Assembly (NCBI RefSeq): GCF_011745625.1
Contig: NW_027191472.1
Coordinates: 372,001 to 432,964, forward strand
Reading direction: 5' to 3'
From: Cladosporium halotolerans
Lineage: Eukaryota
Length of the DNA stretch: 60,964 bases
The position numbers were made by a program, and so were the translations under genes. Below the pieces are notes generated by a model that was not told the origin of the DNA, did no database searches, and saw only the letters and a program-made list of their open reading frames with translations. Shown here piece after piece: positions 12,101-24,347 of the stretch. Numbering within the stretch: the stretch's first letter is position 1; every line of letters begins with the position of its first letter.

Positions 12101-12643
12101 ACAGCAGTCACAAAAACCTGTAGCACCACATCAGCTTAGATCTTGATGTGTTGCGATTGAAGATAGAGCTTACGTCTTGATAGATTCCGAGAGTGCCGCG
12201 GAAAGCATCTTCATTCTGATCAGGATTCTCGCGGACGTCACGAACAGCCTCGCGGAGCGGACGAAGAGCGTCTTCGCGCAGTAACTCGTAATGAGCGGAC
12301 AGGTATTCCTCTGCATTCTCACATTAGTACGGGCACAATAGCGAGGCAACTGAGTGGGCGATGTACCCGTCGATTCCCAGGCACCTTCAGTGCGGTTAGG
12401 GGCGAGCTCGATGATGTTCGAACTCGAAGATCCGTCGCTGTCCAGATCCAGCACTTCGGTGGGCGTCGGCAGCTCAGGGCGGTCAAACCACGGACCAGCT
12501 CCCGCCGGCCTTGTTGTTGGCTCGTAGTAGTCCCGTACTAGGTGGTTGAGTTTCTGTGGGAGTAACCAGACGTCTGCCTTGGCCTTTTGCGGCGCAGCGA
12601 CACGATTGGAGCGCCTAAAACGCTCTAGCAGGCTCTCGTTCAT
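9187..12643 (-). CDS. ZNFX1/Hrr1/SAD-3-type SF1 (Upf1-like) RNA helicase with NF-X1 zinc fingers (introns 12311-12366, 12118-12173)
   Basis: QGPPGTGKT, IEEAAE, LVGDHQQLRP, TVDSYQGEE and RVCVALSRA helicase motifs. After splicing it reads EYLSAHYELLREDALRPLREAV. The C-terminus has LPCGHLCPLSCH / LTCGHKC repeats. Confidence 0.9.
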
Positions 12644-13867
12644 GTTGAAGATCGAGTGGGCGATGAAAATTCGCCTAAGGGGGAGGTGGGAGGAGGTGAG
12701 GAGAGGCAAACGCGGAGGGAAAATAGCATGCGCCCTCAAGGCACACGCAAGCAGCCACGCTTCTCCTTCGCCGCAGATCAAATGCTGATGGTGTTACCAG
12801 CACGCTCCGTCTCAAGCAGGGGGTGTCAGAGGCGAAGAGAAAGGCTTGCCAGTGGTGTTGTTGACGATCAGCTGGCGGATAGTGAAGAGCAGAAGTGGCG
12901 CGTTTGTCTGTTGCGCTTGGGATCAAGTTTGGGCTTGCGAGAGCAAACGGAAGGAACGCGCCACTCGCATTGGGAAGGCGCGTCTCACGCCTTGGAGCGC
13001 TGGGGTACCTACATCTCGGGCCAGTGCAGCCTCAGGCTTTGAGAAAAGTGAGGTGCATGTGGAATCACCTAGGGAGAGGACATATCCTGTCACGTGCTCT
13101 GCGCCAGACGAGAGTGCCCACGGCTACCTGAGCAAACGAGACCGTTAGACGCTTGACGGCATCATCTCGCGGAGGCTTACTCTTGTACAGCAGACTGCAA
13201 AATCCTAGATACTTTCTCAGTACGCAATCACGGCAAGGACTTACCTCACCTGCATCATCCTAGAACGAAAGGCCCCGTTGCGTGTGGACCTTAGGCCAGG
13301 CCGTAGACTTGCACAAGCTCGCTTCAGCACATTCAATTCGCATCTGCAAGCGGACGAGAGGCCTCTTTCGCAGGCTCAGCACTCTCGGATGGAGGATGGG
13401 GGATGATCCACCACGATTTTCACACATATGAAACGGAAGGTAATCATCGACAACGATGGTGTCAGGGACGAAGCTCGACACTTTCGAAGCTTGACTAGGA
13501 GATGGCGTGATGCGGCTCTGCGGGCCGAACCCAGTCTCCCACCTCGCCAGGGTGGATGCAGCAGGCGTGTGGAGTTGCGGAGGAGGTTCGGAAGTGTGCT
13601 GGTGACTTCGAGAGCTGGGTGCGGATGCGCGACGCCGACGCCGACCTGCGCCGCACAGTAATACGCATTGTACAGATTCCCGCAGGACGTCGCACGGCTT
13701 GCGAAGGTGGGAGAATCTTCGACCATTTGCTTGCTATTTCCGGCAAACCTAACTACACGACTGCGGCCCAGCCGGCGCAAAGCCGACGCATCAGACCCCG
13801 AGATCTACGCGACAATTAATTCCACACGCAGTCCTCAGCAAATACCCAGCGCCTCTCGGTCGCGACA

Positions 13868-15992
13868 ATGGTCTCTTTCGATGACGACATGGATCCCACT
13901 GCTGGCTCAGGGGAGGAAGACGAGGATGAGGAGATGGAGGATGTGAACGATCCCAACGACGACCAAGACCAAGATCAGGACCAGGATGACGATGCAAATG
14001 GAGATGAGGATGAAGAGGACGAGAACGATGACAACGATAATGACGAGGATGACGAGGGCGATCAAGACGAGCCAGACACTGCTACGCGCCGAGCTAGTCA
14101 GCCACAGCGTCCTTCCAGCAGAGGAGAGCAACAATCCAATCCTGCTGTAGTACTCACATCGCCCTCGCCACGGGGAGGGCGATCGCCAACTGGGGCAAAC
14201 TCGGCTCCTTTCATACCACCTACGCGACCGGAAGCACTGAGCGCGCAAGCGTACGACATAGTCCCTACAATGGCCGCACCTCAGAGCACATCGATCAATG
14301 CTGTGGCAGTGACCCCAGACATGCGCTGGGTCTTCAGTGGTGGCACAGATGGATACGTGCGAATGTACAATTGGGTAGACACAGTAAACGGCAAGGTGCC
14401 GCTTACGGTCGCGCAAAAGCATCCCTTCGTGGACAGCGTCATGAAAGCCGGATCTCTCGTCACATACTGGGAGAATGAGGAGCACGCGATCCGGACACCG
14501 CCGGCGGCCGACGAGGGCAAGTGGACTTCGCCCGTGTACTCTCTGGCTGTGCAACATCAGGCGACATGGCTGTTATCAGGACTCGAGAGTGGAGGCATCA
14601 ACTTGCAGACTTGCAGGCACCAGGCAGGAACCAGGATCACGACGCTGAAAGAGCACACGAGTGCAGTCTCTGTGCTGAGCCTTTCGCAAGACGAGACAAC
14701 ATTCCTTTCTGGTAGCTGGGACAAGACAATACACGATTGGGATCTCAACACTGGCAAAGTCAAGCGATCATTCCGAGGAGCTGGAGGGCAGATCAGTGCC
14801 ATCGAGGTGCGCCCAATGAGCGATTTACCTGTGCCTGAAGTCACGGACAGCCTGCCTGAGCCCACGAACGGGACATACTCAAGCAATAACGGCGCACCGT
14901 TTGCCAATGGATCGCTGTCGAACGGGGTTAACAATCAGGACGGCGAGGAAGATGCTCTGGGCTCACCTACAGGCAGCCTTTTTGGCGAAGACCACGGATC
15001 GCTTTTCGGCGAGGACACCGGTAACGGCGGCGGTACTGGTGGGGACAACGTATTTGGTGACGACGATGATGAATTGACCAGAGCACTTACGAGCGGACTT
15101 CAAGAAGACGACGCGCCTGGAGAAGAGGACACTGACATGACTGGCATGGGCAGCGGGGGTCCTGTACAACCACCCGATCAATTAAATGAAGCACAAGAAG
15201 CTAGCAACGGTGGCGCCGCTGATCCATCAACAAAAGAAACAGACGAGCAAGTCAACGGTCAACCTCAGCAATCCTCCTCGAAACCCTCAAGTCCTCTCGC
15301 AAACGGCCTTCCACATTCGGACGAACCGCTCACTGCGCCACCTACGAACGAAGAAGAGAAGTCTGCGTCCGATCTACCGCCCCAAAGCGAGTCCACATTC
15401 CTCGACGCTTCTCAAGACGGCACCCTCCGCATCTGGGACCGCCGCATGGCCTCACCCATCGCCACAATTGTCCCACAAGGCGGCACGCCTCCCTGGTGCA
15501 CAGGTGCATGCTGGAGCCCAGACGGCAACTTCATCTACGCAGGACGGCGCAACTGCTCGGTCGACGAATACTCGATTCACCACTTGGGCAGCAAGCGCAG
15601 CGAAGCGAACCGCAACTTCAAGTTCCAAGCCGGCAGCGGGCCCGTGTACGCCGTGCGCGCGATGCCCAACAAGCGCCATCTCGTTTGGTAGGTCAAAATT
15701 GCTCAGCTCTCACGTACCATGTATTCTGCTAACCACATCTTCCCACAGCGCCTCGAACGACATTCTACGCATCTACGACGTCAACCAATCCGAGTCTTCT
15801 CGCCACCGCACAGTTCCTTTCACCATCGTCCCCGGCCACCGCGGTGGTGTCATCTCCTCTATCTACGTCGACCCCACATGCCGCTTCATGCTCTCTGCTG
15901 CCGGCAACCGAGGCTGGGAAGGCGGTGGAACGGAGGTCTTGCTGGGCTACGAAATTGGTGTGCAGGATGGGAGCGGCGTGTGGCATAAGTGA
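13868..15992 (+). CDS. SPT8: SAGA complex WD40 subunit Spt8 (intron 15688-15748)
   Basis: Acidic N-terminus, YDIVPTMAAPQSTSIN, PLTVAQKHPFVD, SGSWDK WD repeats, and C-terminal VPFTIVPGHRGG...AAGNRGWEG. Confidence 0.9.
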
Positions 15993-16859
15993 TGTGGGCT
16001 CGTACGGAGTATGTGAATTGGAAAAGTTTGGACACGGCGATGTTGCGGCTGCATTGTTATTTGATACCCAAGGTTGTTTTGAATGGGCGATTTATTTCTG
16101 TCGTGAGGGATATACCATGTTGAGTAGGCAGAGGCGTATAAATTTATTAGAAATTCGCTACGCGGTTTGTGGAATCGTCTGTTTCTTCGCAATTTGATTG
16201 ATGGTGAAATTGAAGATCAATGCACGCACGCGGCCTGCGATGCAACAGTTGCGTGCTGCCTGCATGTTGATTTGGCGTTCGACCTGACAGGTGGTATTCG
16301 AAAAAGTGGGTGTCAAGATCGTTTGGTGGGTCAGGGTGCCGAAGACGCGGTCGTGATCAGGCTCTCTGCTCATGGTGTAGGAGCAAACCCAAAAGGCCGG
16401 TCGTCAACATGGTGCGTGTGTCACGACGAGTATTTCGAAAAAATGGTGATGGAATTTTTCTTGTTCTTAACAGCATCAACTCCTGCAAAATTGAACGAGC
16501 ATACATACATCTGAAGATCAGTGGCCAGCACCTGTTCAGTGCAAGATGATCCCTGGTTGGGGTAAGTAGGGTTGCTCGACGCCGTTGATCCCGGCTTGCA
16601 GGTTTCTTCGGCGCCGCGGTACCCCGGCTTCCGGCTGGTCGATCGCCGACTAGCGCGCGCGTTGCCCTCACAACAACGGCTGTGTAAACTTAGCGCGTTG
16701 TTTGGCCGTGCCCACACCTGGATCATCATCAGACATTAACCACCATTCGCGGCCGAGTGCTAGTCGCCCTCTCAGCTGATTCACATCGCTCTGCCATCGC
16801 TAGAAGAAAATTATGTTCGCTTGATATCGTTGCATCGCACATTCCGCTCGCTACACACA

Positions 16860-19800
16860 ATGGACCCGAACTCTCCGCCCGGCTATGGGCCGCCTCCAGG
16901 TTACGAGGACGAGACCACACCTACCCATAGCCCCAGCATGCGCCTATTGAATGGTGCCGACAATGCTTCTCCCACAAGACCAACACCACGCTCCGCAGCA
17001 CGCGCTCGAGCAAACGATGCCTTCGAAGCCGCGCGACAGCGATTCGCGCGAGCTGCAGACCCGAGTCCCACGAGACCGTTAGTTTCCCTCTCCGATGTTT
17101 CGACCGATGCAAACCTCAGCCCACGCGTCAATGACCCTCCGACGGCTACGAGTAGCCAGGTCTCCGCGGACGACCGACAGGACGGCCGCCAGAACAGTGT
17201 CGAGGATCCCTTCTCCGACACAGCCGGACCGTCCGGGCCACGAAAGAGGCAGCTGAAAGTCCGCTTCCAAAGCAGTCCACGTAGTTCTCCAGACTTACCC
17301 TCCTCCTCCCACAGACCGAGTCCTCCCTCGCGTGCCTACCAGCCTGCATCGGCTACAGGAAGGCCCTCCTCAAGACAGACGTCAATTCTAGAGAATGCGC
17401 CCGACCTTACGCCCTCCGCTGCGGAGGCTTCAACATATGCTCCTTCATCCTTCACACCCTCATACGCACCATCATACTACCCAGATGCGTCTGCGTACAG
17501 ACCATCTTCAAGAGGATCGGAGACGCGGACGATGTCATACTCGCCTTCTCGGGTGTCAAACGAGTACAGCAGGCCACCTCCGAGCAGTGTGCCTTTTGAG
17601 CCGGCGGATATCAACGGGAGTCCGAGACCAGGAACACCTTCATCACATTACGGGGGCTCTCCCAAGCGGCCGCTCCCTCCACAGCCCCTCTTTGCAGCAG
17701 GGAGACCGCTACCTACCGAAAGTGACAAGGACCCGGACATGACAACAATCCCGATCGAAGGCGACGTCGACGATGTGTTTGGACCAGCGGCTGACGATGA
17801 CGACCTCTCACGACCAGAACTGAGGAAAACGGACAGCTACATGTCAGAGTCGACATTCACAGAATCGCTCTATGATGAGAAAGATGATGTTGACGACGAG
17901 CTCTACGGTCCGGCTCCCACAGGAAAGCAGGCCCGGCGTGGGGCGAGAGAAGCACAACTTTCGAAAAAAGAAGTCAAACTCATCAACGGCGAACTGATTC
18001 TGGAGTGCAAGATCCCGACGATTCTGTACTCATTCTTGCCGCGACGCGATGATGTTGAGTTTACACACATGCGGTACACGGCCGTGACCTGCGACCCGAA
18101 CGATTTTGTCGAGAGAGGATACAAGCTGAGGCAGAACATTGGCTACACCTCGCGAGAGACAGAGCTGCTGATCTGTGTCACCATGTACAACGAGAACGAG
18201 ATCGACTTCACTCGCACGATGCACGGTGTCATGCGCAACATTGCGCACTTTTGCAGCCGTTCGAAATCCAGGACTTGGGGCAAGGACGGATGGAAGAAGA
18301 TTGTCGTCTGCATTATTTCCGACGGTCGCTCCAAGGTCCATCCTCGAACGCTCGACGCACTGGCGGCAATGGGCTGTTACCAGGAAGGGATTGCGAAAAA
18401 CCAAGTCAACCAGAAGGAAGTCGCCGCTCACGTCTACGAATACACCACGCAGGTATCGCTCGATTCAGATCTCAAATTCAAGGGTGCAGAGAAGGGCATC
18501 GTTCCTTGTCAGATGATCTTCTGCCTGAAGGAGAAGAACTTGAAGAAGCTGAACAGCCACCGATGGTTCTTCAACGCATTCGGCCGCGCCCTCAACCCCA
18601 ACGTCTGTATTCTTCTCGATGTTGGTACCAGACCCGGAGACGACTCTCTCTACCACCTCTGGAAGGCGTTCGACAGAGATTCTAGCGTCGCAGGTGCTGC
18701 AGGCGAGATCAAAGCAGCAAAAGGCAAAGCTTGGAGCGCTCTTCTCAACCCGTTGGTCGCAAGTCAAAACTTCGAGTACAAAATGTCGAACATCCTGGAC
18801 AAGCCTCTGGAGTCGGTTTTCGGATACATCACTGTGTTGCCCGGCGCCCTGAGTGCGTACCGATACCACGCACTTCAGAACGACGAAAATGGACATGGCC
18901 CTCTCAGTCAATACTTCAAAGGTGAAACACTCCACGGCCAGGATGCAGACGTCTTCACCGCAAACATGTACCTCGCCGAAGATCGAATTCTCTGTTGGGA
19001 ACTCGTCGCAAAGCGCAATGAGCGATGGGTGCTGAAGTACGTGAAGAGCGCTATCGGAGAGACTGATGTTCCAGACGCAGTGCCAGAGTTCATCTCTCAG
19101 CGTCGTCGTTGGCTGAACGGTGCTTTCTTCGCAGCCGTGTACTCTCTTCTGCACTTCAGCCAGGTCTGGAAGACGGATCACTCGTTCGCTCGCAAAGTGC
19201 TGCTGCACATCGAGTTCCTTTACCAGTTTCTGAACCTTCTATTCACATTCTTCTCGCTCGGTAACTTCTACCTGACATTCTACTTCATTGCTGGCTCGCT
19301 TGCCGACCCGAAGATCGATCCATTCGGACACAATATCGGAAAAGTCATCTTCTACATCTTGCGCTACACCTGCATTCTGTTGATCATGATGCAATTCATT
19401 CTCTCCATGGGCAACCGACCTCAGGGTTCCAAGAGGATGTATATGGGCAGCATGATCACGTACGGAATCATCATGGCCTACACGACCTTTGCCGCTCTAT
19501 ACGTCGTTGCAATCCAGCTGACAGGCGACGAGGACATCGAACTGGGCAACAACATCTTCACCAACATGATCGTCTCCACGCTCTCCACCATCGGCCTCTA
19601 CTTCATCATGTCCTTCCTGTACCTCGATCCCTGGCACATGTTCACATCCAGCGCGCAATACTTTGCTCTTTTGCCGTCTTACATCTGCACTCTGCAAGTC
19701 TACGCCTTCTGCAACGCCCACGACGTCTCCTGGGGCACGAAGGGTGACAACGCGAGCAAGGCCGACCTCGGTGTAGCAAAGGGCTCCAAATCCGGCGTCG

Positions 19801-20333
19801 TCGAACTCGAGATGCCGTCCGAGCAACTCGACATCGACTCCGGCTACGACGAAGCGCTCCGCAACCTCCGCGACCGCGTCGAGGTCCCCGCCCCAGGCCC
19901 GAACCAGACGCAAATCCAGGAAGACTACTACCGCGCCGTGCGTACGTACGTCGTCATCGTCTGGATGTGCTGCAACGCCGTCCTCGTCATGGCCGTCAGC
20001 GAGGCCTACCCGACCAACAGCATCGGCGAGAACTACTACCTCAAGATCATCCTGTGGTCTGTTGCCGCGCTTGCGCTCTTTCGCGCTGTGGGCTCAAGTA
20101 CGTTTGGCATTATCAATATTATCCATTCGATCATCGAGGGCAAGGTCAAGTGGGGCGCGAAGAGCGAGGCGGGTAGTGCTACGGCTAGTAGCCGGAATGG
20201 CATGAGCACCTGGAAGGGCGGGCAGTCGAGCAGCTTCAGCATGCCGAGCTGGATGAGTAGCAGCGGAAGCTGGGTGAGTAGTAAGGTCAGCAGTTTCACG
20301 GGGAGTAGCGCGGGCAGTGTGTTCAGGCGATGA
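16860..20333 (+). CDS. Chitin synthase, division I (probably class II)
   Basis: TMYNE, LLDVGT, QNFEY, LPGA, LAEDRIL, QRRRW and HDVSWGTKG motifs. The segment [26 protein letters not shown] resembles class II enzymes. Long Pro/Ser-rich N-terminus. Confidence 0.93.
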   Translation: MDPNSPPGYGPPPGYEDETTPTHSPSMRLLNGADNASPTRPTPRSAARARANDAFEAARQRFARAADPSPTRPLVSLSDVSTDANLSPRVNDPPTATSSQVSADDRQDGRQNSVEDPFSDTAGPSGPRKRQLKVRFQSSPRSSPDLPSSSHRPSPPSRAYQPASATGRPSSRQTSILENAPDLTPSAAEASTYAPSSFTPSYAPSYYPDASAYRPSSRGSETRTMSYSPSRVSNEYSRPPPSSVPFEPADINGSPRPGTPSSHYGGSPKRPLPPQPLFAAGRPLPTESDKDPDMTTIPIEGDVDDVFGPAADDDDLSRPELRKTDSYMSESTFTESLYDEKDDVDDELYGPAPTGKQARRGAREAQLSKKEVKLINGELILECKIPTILYSFLPRRDDVEFTHMRYTAVTCDPNDFVERGYKLRQNIGYTSRETELLICVTMYNENEIDFTRTMHGVMRNIAHFCSRSKSRTWGKDGWKKIVVCIISDGRSKVHPRTLDALAAMGCYQEGIAKNQVNQKEVAAHVYEYTTQVSLDSDLKFKGAEKGIVPCQMIFCLKEKNLKKLNSHRWFFNAFGRALNPNVCILLDVGTRPGDDSLYHLWKAFDRDSSVAGAAGEIKAAKGKAWSALLNPLVASQNFEYKMSNILDKPLESVFGYITVLPGALSAYRYHALQNDENGHGPLSQYFKGETLHGQDADVFTANMYLAEDRILCWELVAKRNERWVLKYVKSAIGETDVPDAVPEFISQRRRWLNGAFFAAVYSLLHFSQVWKTDHSFARKVLLHIEFLYQFLNLLFTFFSLGNFYLTFYFIAGSLADPKIDPFGHNIGKVIFYILRYTCILLIMMQFILSMGNRPQGSKRMYMGSMITYGIIMAYTTFAALYVVAIQLTGDEDIELGNNIFTNMIVSTLSTIGLYFIMSFLYLDPWHMFTSSAQYFALLPSYICTLQVYAFCNAHDVSWGTKGDNASKADLGVAKGSKSGVVELEMPSEQLDIDSGYDEALRNLRDRVEVPAPGPNQTQIQEDYYRAVRTYVVIVWMCCNAVLVMAVSEAYPTNSIGENYYLKIILWSVAALALFRAVGSSTFGIINIIHSIIEGKVKWGAKSEAGSATASSRNGMSTWKGGQSSSFSMPSWMSSSGSWVSSKVSSFTGSSAGSVFRR

Positions 20334-20569
20334 GAGCACGATGATATTGATTTGGGGTTTCACGGCGTTTAGCGGTCCGGGCGATTGGGCTGCCACGATT
20401 ACGAACTAGAGGTGGTATTTGTATATTCGCACAGGACATCAGGACTTTTCCGTATTCCATACATGAGAGAAAGTTTTCTATTTCGCAGGTATATCAATGC
20501 TTTTGGGTAGTGTACTTTGCTGAAAATGATTGCGCATGGCTGACTGAGAGGCCACAATGCTCGCATGAG

Positions 20570-22185
20570 TGCAGCACCGAGTTCGGAGGCCCTGCGTATG
20601 GGCGGCTGGGGGAACCTATCCGTCCAGAAGACGGCACAATGATCCTCATCCCTCGACTCTCAGGTGAGCAACTTCTGTCGTCTCATAACGGAAGTGAAGG
20701 TGTTAAGCCTCAGCAAAATCCGTTCGCGGTATACTTGACACGAGTATTGAGCAACTCGTCCTGGCTGCGGTGTACTTCGACTTGAGCTCGATCGCACCAC
20801 GGAAGGGGATCGGAAGACCTCATTACTGATTTGGTGGACATTACGCTGACCGAGATCTGGTTGAGGGTACCTCAAGCCCTGCACAGGGGACCTCAGTTGT
20901 TAACTCTTTTCCTCGGCGCTAAGAAGAGCGCGGTGCGCCACAGGGGGAGTCAGTGGACCTCCATATTGGTTCGGAAGATCCAAGAATGAGCTCGGTGCAC
21001 CGTGGCAGGAGTGCGGTAAGCCTGCGTATTGGCCCAAAGGACCCCTTCCCGCGCTCGGCGCCCCATGCCAAATGTTCGGGGTACCTGCGTGATGATTCGG
21101 AGGACCTCAGCCCGGGCTCCGTACACTATGGCAAAAGTTCGGTGGACCTACCTGCCAATCGTGGGATCTTAGCTTGTGTGGGATATGGCTGAGGGTACCT
21201 CAGATTCTGCGCAGGGGACCTCTATTGTGAAATTAGTTGGGAGGTACCCTCAACAGGAAAAGAGGTACCCTCAGCCATATGCTCCAGCTTGGGCTCGGTG
21301 TACCATGACGAGAGGTCGATGCACCACGGCAGTGGACTTATGTAACACTTCTTGGACCTCAGGCTGTGCTCATTGCACCATGGCGAGAAGTCGGTACACC
21401 ATGGCTTCAATTCCGGGATACGGCGTACTCGCTCGAAGGGCCTCAGGCTGACCCCAATGCACTACCACAAGACCTCGATTCTAAGGGCCTTAGCCTGTGC
21501 CTGGCGGAAGTTCGGGGGCCTGCATCGTTCGAAGGACCTTATGCTGAGGTCGGTGTACCACGGCAGAAGTTCGGTGGACCTCTACAATCGTTCAGAGGAC
21601 CCCGGGTTGAGCTTGGTGTATCATTCTAGGAGTTCGGGGTACTAGTCCGTAGGACCTCAGCTTGTGCTCGGTGCACCATAGCGGGAACTCGGAGGACCTC
21701 AGGCTAAGCTCGGTGGACCCAGCTCAAAGGAGTATACGGCTAAGGGTACCCCAAATTCTTCCACAATCGAGGTCCCCCGGGCAAAAATCGAGGTGCCCTC
21801 AACCACATACTGAGCCGAAAGTTCGGTGTACTCAAAGGACAGGTCCAGTCAGCCGCGAGGCTTCTTATGGTGATCTGTAATGGGACATGGGTGCAGCGTT
21901 AGTACAGAGCGAAGGAATCCTCCATCCGAGCCTTCAAGCACCCTTCAATGAGGATGGCGTCCCGAGAAACGTTTTTCGGCCTAGCGACAAGATCCCAATA
22001 CCCCTCGACGAAACTTGAAGGGACCTGACTGCGAGCTCAGTGCACCTCACCAGAAGCTCGGCGTACCTCAATCAAAGTCTGGAGTACCTCAGTCTAACCT
22101 CGGTGCACCTTTGTACAAGTTCGGAGCATACGCACAGACACAAAGCTGAGGGGACCTCGTCGATAGCATAGGGGACCTCTCGCAC
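20570..22185. repeat. Degenerate composite tandem array (21-bp monomer, 63-bp higher-order unit) with interspersed hairpin modules
   Basis: Units start at 20988, 21051 and 21114 (63-bp spacing), at 21546 and 21609, and at 22033 and 22096. Each unit is three 21-mers similar to nnGYTCGGWGNACCnnnnnnn. Boundaries are approximate. Confidence 0.85.
21183..21280. repeat. 98-bp element with perfect 19-bp terminal inverted repeats
   Basis: ATATGGCTGAGGGTACCTC (21183-21201) is the exact reverse complement of GAGGTACCCTCAGCCATAT (21262-21280). Confidence 0.9.
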
Positions 22186-22457
22186 GGACGGCATCTACAG
22201 GTCCTGTGAATTCTGAATGCAGTTTGTCTGATTTTCATTGGCGGAAAGAGCGCCGGAAAAGTTGAGTGGATCTGGGATCGACGAGGTCCGGCCAGCTTGG
22301 GAAGGTCCGGGGGACTCGAAGTGAGGTCCTGCGGAGTAAACCCACGTGATATCCGAATGATGCCAAAATTCTGCAGACTTTGCTAGTTGACTTCAGTATT
22401 CGGTTCAGGGAGAGTCAGCTTTCGTGTGAATGGCGCAAAGTCGTATCATCAGTCATC

Positions 22458-24347
22458 TCATTCACTCGCTATGCTAAGATTCCCGAGCAAGCCTGCATTG
22501 CTCTCTAGAGATGCTGCCGCCTCGAAATGCAAGAAATGATTTTCCCAGAATCTGACGCCATCCAGGGTCTGATCGCGACAAATCGCGCCAGTATCCTCAG
22601 CCATCTCGAGCTCCTCGCTTGCCACACCGACGCTCCATCCGAACCTTTCTGCCGTTTCTTGAGGCGTGATGCCTCGCCCGAAACCCTGCAGCGCGTCTGC
22701 TCCAAGAGCCGTCCGACCAGCCAGACCGGCATCCCGTAGCCAGGCCAAAAGCGAGGCGATCGTCTTCTCGTCCGTCCGACTCCTCTCCTGCACTACCAAG
22801 AGGCCTGATTTGAAGCGGCGGAGGCGGATAGGGAGCTGCAGCGTCTCCCACATCTGCGCGGCTTTCTCAAAGTCAAGCGGTGAGACGAGGTCGATGCCAT
22901 TGCGCAAGCGATTGAAGACGGCCCAGAGGTCGACGAGTGAGATGATTCCGCCTTCGCGCTTGAGCACGCCTCTGCGGTCGTCCGTGAGGAACTCGGCGAG
23001 ATTGCGCGAGAGCTCGGTCAGGTAGAGATTCTCCGACGTTGAGCCGGAGCCGAGCATGTCTTTCGTTGTTGTGAGCCCTAAAGCGGAAGCGGATTCGTTG
23101 AGGAGGTTGCGCGCTTCGGGAGTCAGTGAGTCTGCGGAGGAGGACTGGGCGCGGAACTGCTCGGCCATGGCGATGACTTCTTTGGCGGACGTCATGAGGG
23201 CTTCCAGGTCTTCGAAGGCGGTGCCAATGACGGCCTGGTTGTTGGCGCGCAGCTGTGCGCCGCGGCGCTCGAGACCGGCGATGCCGACAACTCGAGGCGG
23301 TGCCGCGGTTTGCTGTGCGGGCTCATTGGACTGTCCAGTGGGATCAGCTCCGCTCTGGCCCGACGGTGTCGGTACAGGAGGTGCGCTTTGGAGAAGCCAT
23401 TTGCGTTGGACGAGCGCGCCTTTCAGGCGGTCGTGGAACACCTTGTCGCCGCCGGCTCGGAATGAAAACTTTATAGTCTCGATGTTATCATTGCCGACTA
23501 TCGATTCGGTGCTCGTGGGGCCTGGTGACTCAGGCCGCTTCACGCTTTCGCTGATGAGCTGCGAACGTCTGTCGCCGCCTGATGTGAGTGGTGCGCCACA
23601 AATCTCACAAGCCGTGAGAGAAGGGTGATTCTCAAAGGTGCATCTTGGACAGACAGTGACGCTACCAGTCTGATCGCTAGGCGTTGAAGGCGCCGAAATC
23701 TGACCAAAAGTGCCATCCGGCTGCAAAGGCGACGGAGGCACTGAGGTCTGTGTCTGGCCGGAGGGCCTATTGGACATCGCAGCGATGGCCGCTTTTACCA
23801 TATGGACCAGAGGCGGCTTGATACCGCACGCTTGACATGGAGGCAAAATAGTATGCTGATTTGCCGTCGATGGATCAAAGTTGGGAGGTACAGGGTTCGA
23901 GAACCCGCATATGGGGCATATCCAGGTGGCATTGATGTCTCGAGCAGGTGCTGGCGAGGGAGAGTACGACCGCGGAGGCGGATTGGGAGACTTGATTAAA
24001 GCATCTGCTGGAGAGCTGTATCGAGGGACAGGGCTTTTCAATCCCTGCGGTGCTCGTGTTGATGCTTTGGGGAAAAGAGTGATCTTCGGGCTAGACTTCA
24101 AGAACCCGGCATAAAATTCAGTTCTGTCAATTTGTTTGAGATCCACGGCAACAGAGTATTTTCTCGGCTCATCATTGTCGACATAGCACACTCTGTGCGA
24201 CGTCAGATAGGCGTGGCCATTCTGGTAGTTCGGAATCTTGTATTTGCCTTCGTACAAGCCGACATTGTCTTGAACGAATAAGAGAGTCTCGTCATCGTAG
24301 AGTGATGGCCGCAGAGCAGTCGTGAGATCTAGCTGACGAAGGAACAT
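22458..24347 (-). CDS. VPS36: ESCRT-II subunit Vps36 (GLUE domain, two NZF fingers, EAP30)
   Basis: GHAYLTSHRVCY, WICPICGFSN, CPRCTFENHPSLTACEICG, IKFSFRAGG, GIAGLE and AFEDLEALM motifs. Confidence 0.93.
   Translation of the reverse strand: MFLRQLDLTTALRPSLYDDETLLFVQDNVGLYEGKYKIPNYQNGHAYLTSHRVCYVDNDEPRKYSVAVDLKQIDRTEFYAGFLKSSPKITLFPKASTRAPQGLKSPVPRYSSPADALIKSPNPPPRSYSPSPAPARDINATWICPICGFSNPVPPNFDPSTANQHTILPPCQACGIKPPLVHMVKAAIAAMSNRPSGQTQTSVPPSPLQPDGTFGQISAPSTPSDQTGSVTVCPRCTFENHPSLTACEICGAPLTSGGDRRSQLISESVKRPESPGPTSTESIVGNDNIETIKFSFRAGGDKVFHDRLKGALVQRKWLLQSAPPVPTPSGQSGADPTGQSNEPAQQTAAPPRVVGIAGLERRGAQLRANNQAVIGTAFEDLEALMTSAKEVIAMAEQFRAQSSSADSLTPEARNLLNESASALGLTTTKDMLGSGSTSENLYLTELSRNLAEFLTDDRRGVLKREGGIISLVDLWAVFNRLRNGIDLVSPLDFEKAAQMWETLQLPIRLRRFKSGLLVVQERSRTDEKTIASLLAWLRDAGLAGRTALGADALQGFGRGITPQETAERFGWSVGVASEELEMAEDTGAICRDQTLDGVRFWENHFLHFEAAASLESNAGLLGNLSIASE

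Noticed and set aside
9187..12643. Functional link between the RNAi helicase and the nearby hairpin array
   Set aside because: They are 8 kb apart and separated by unrelated housekeeping genes. Proximity alone is not evidence.
20570..22185. CRISPR array interpretation of the repeat region
   Set aside because: Repeats are contiguous and degenerate, with no identical repeats or unique spacers. The context is eukaryotic and there are no cas genes.
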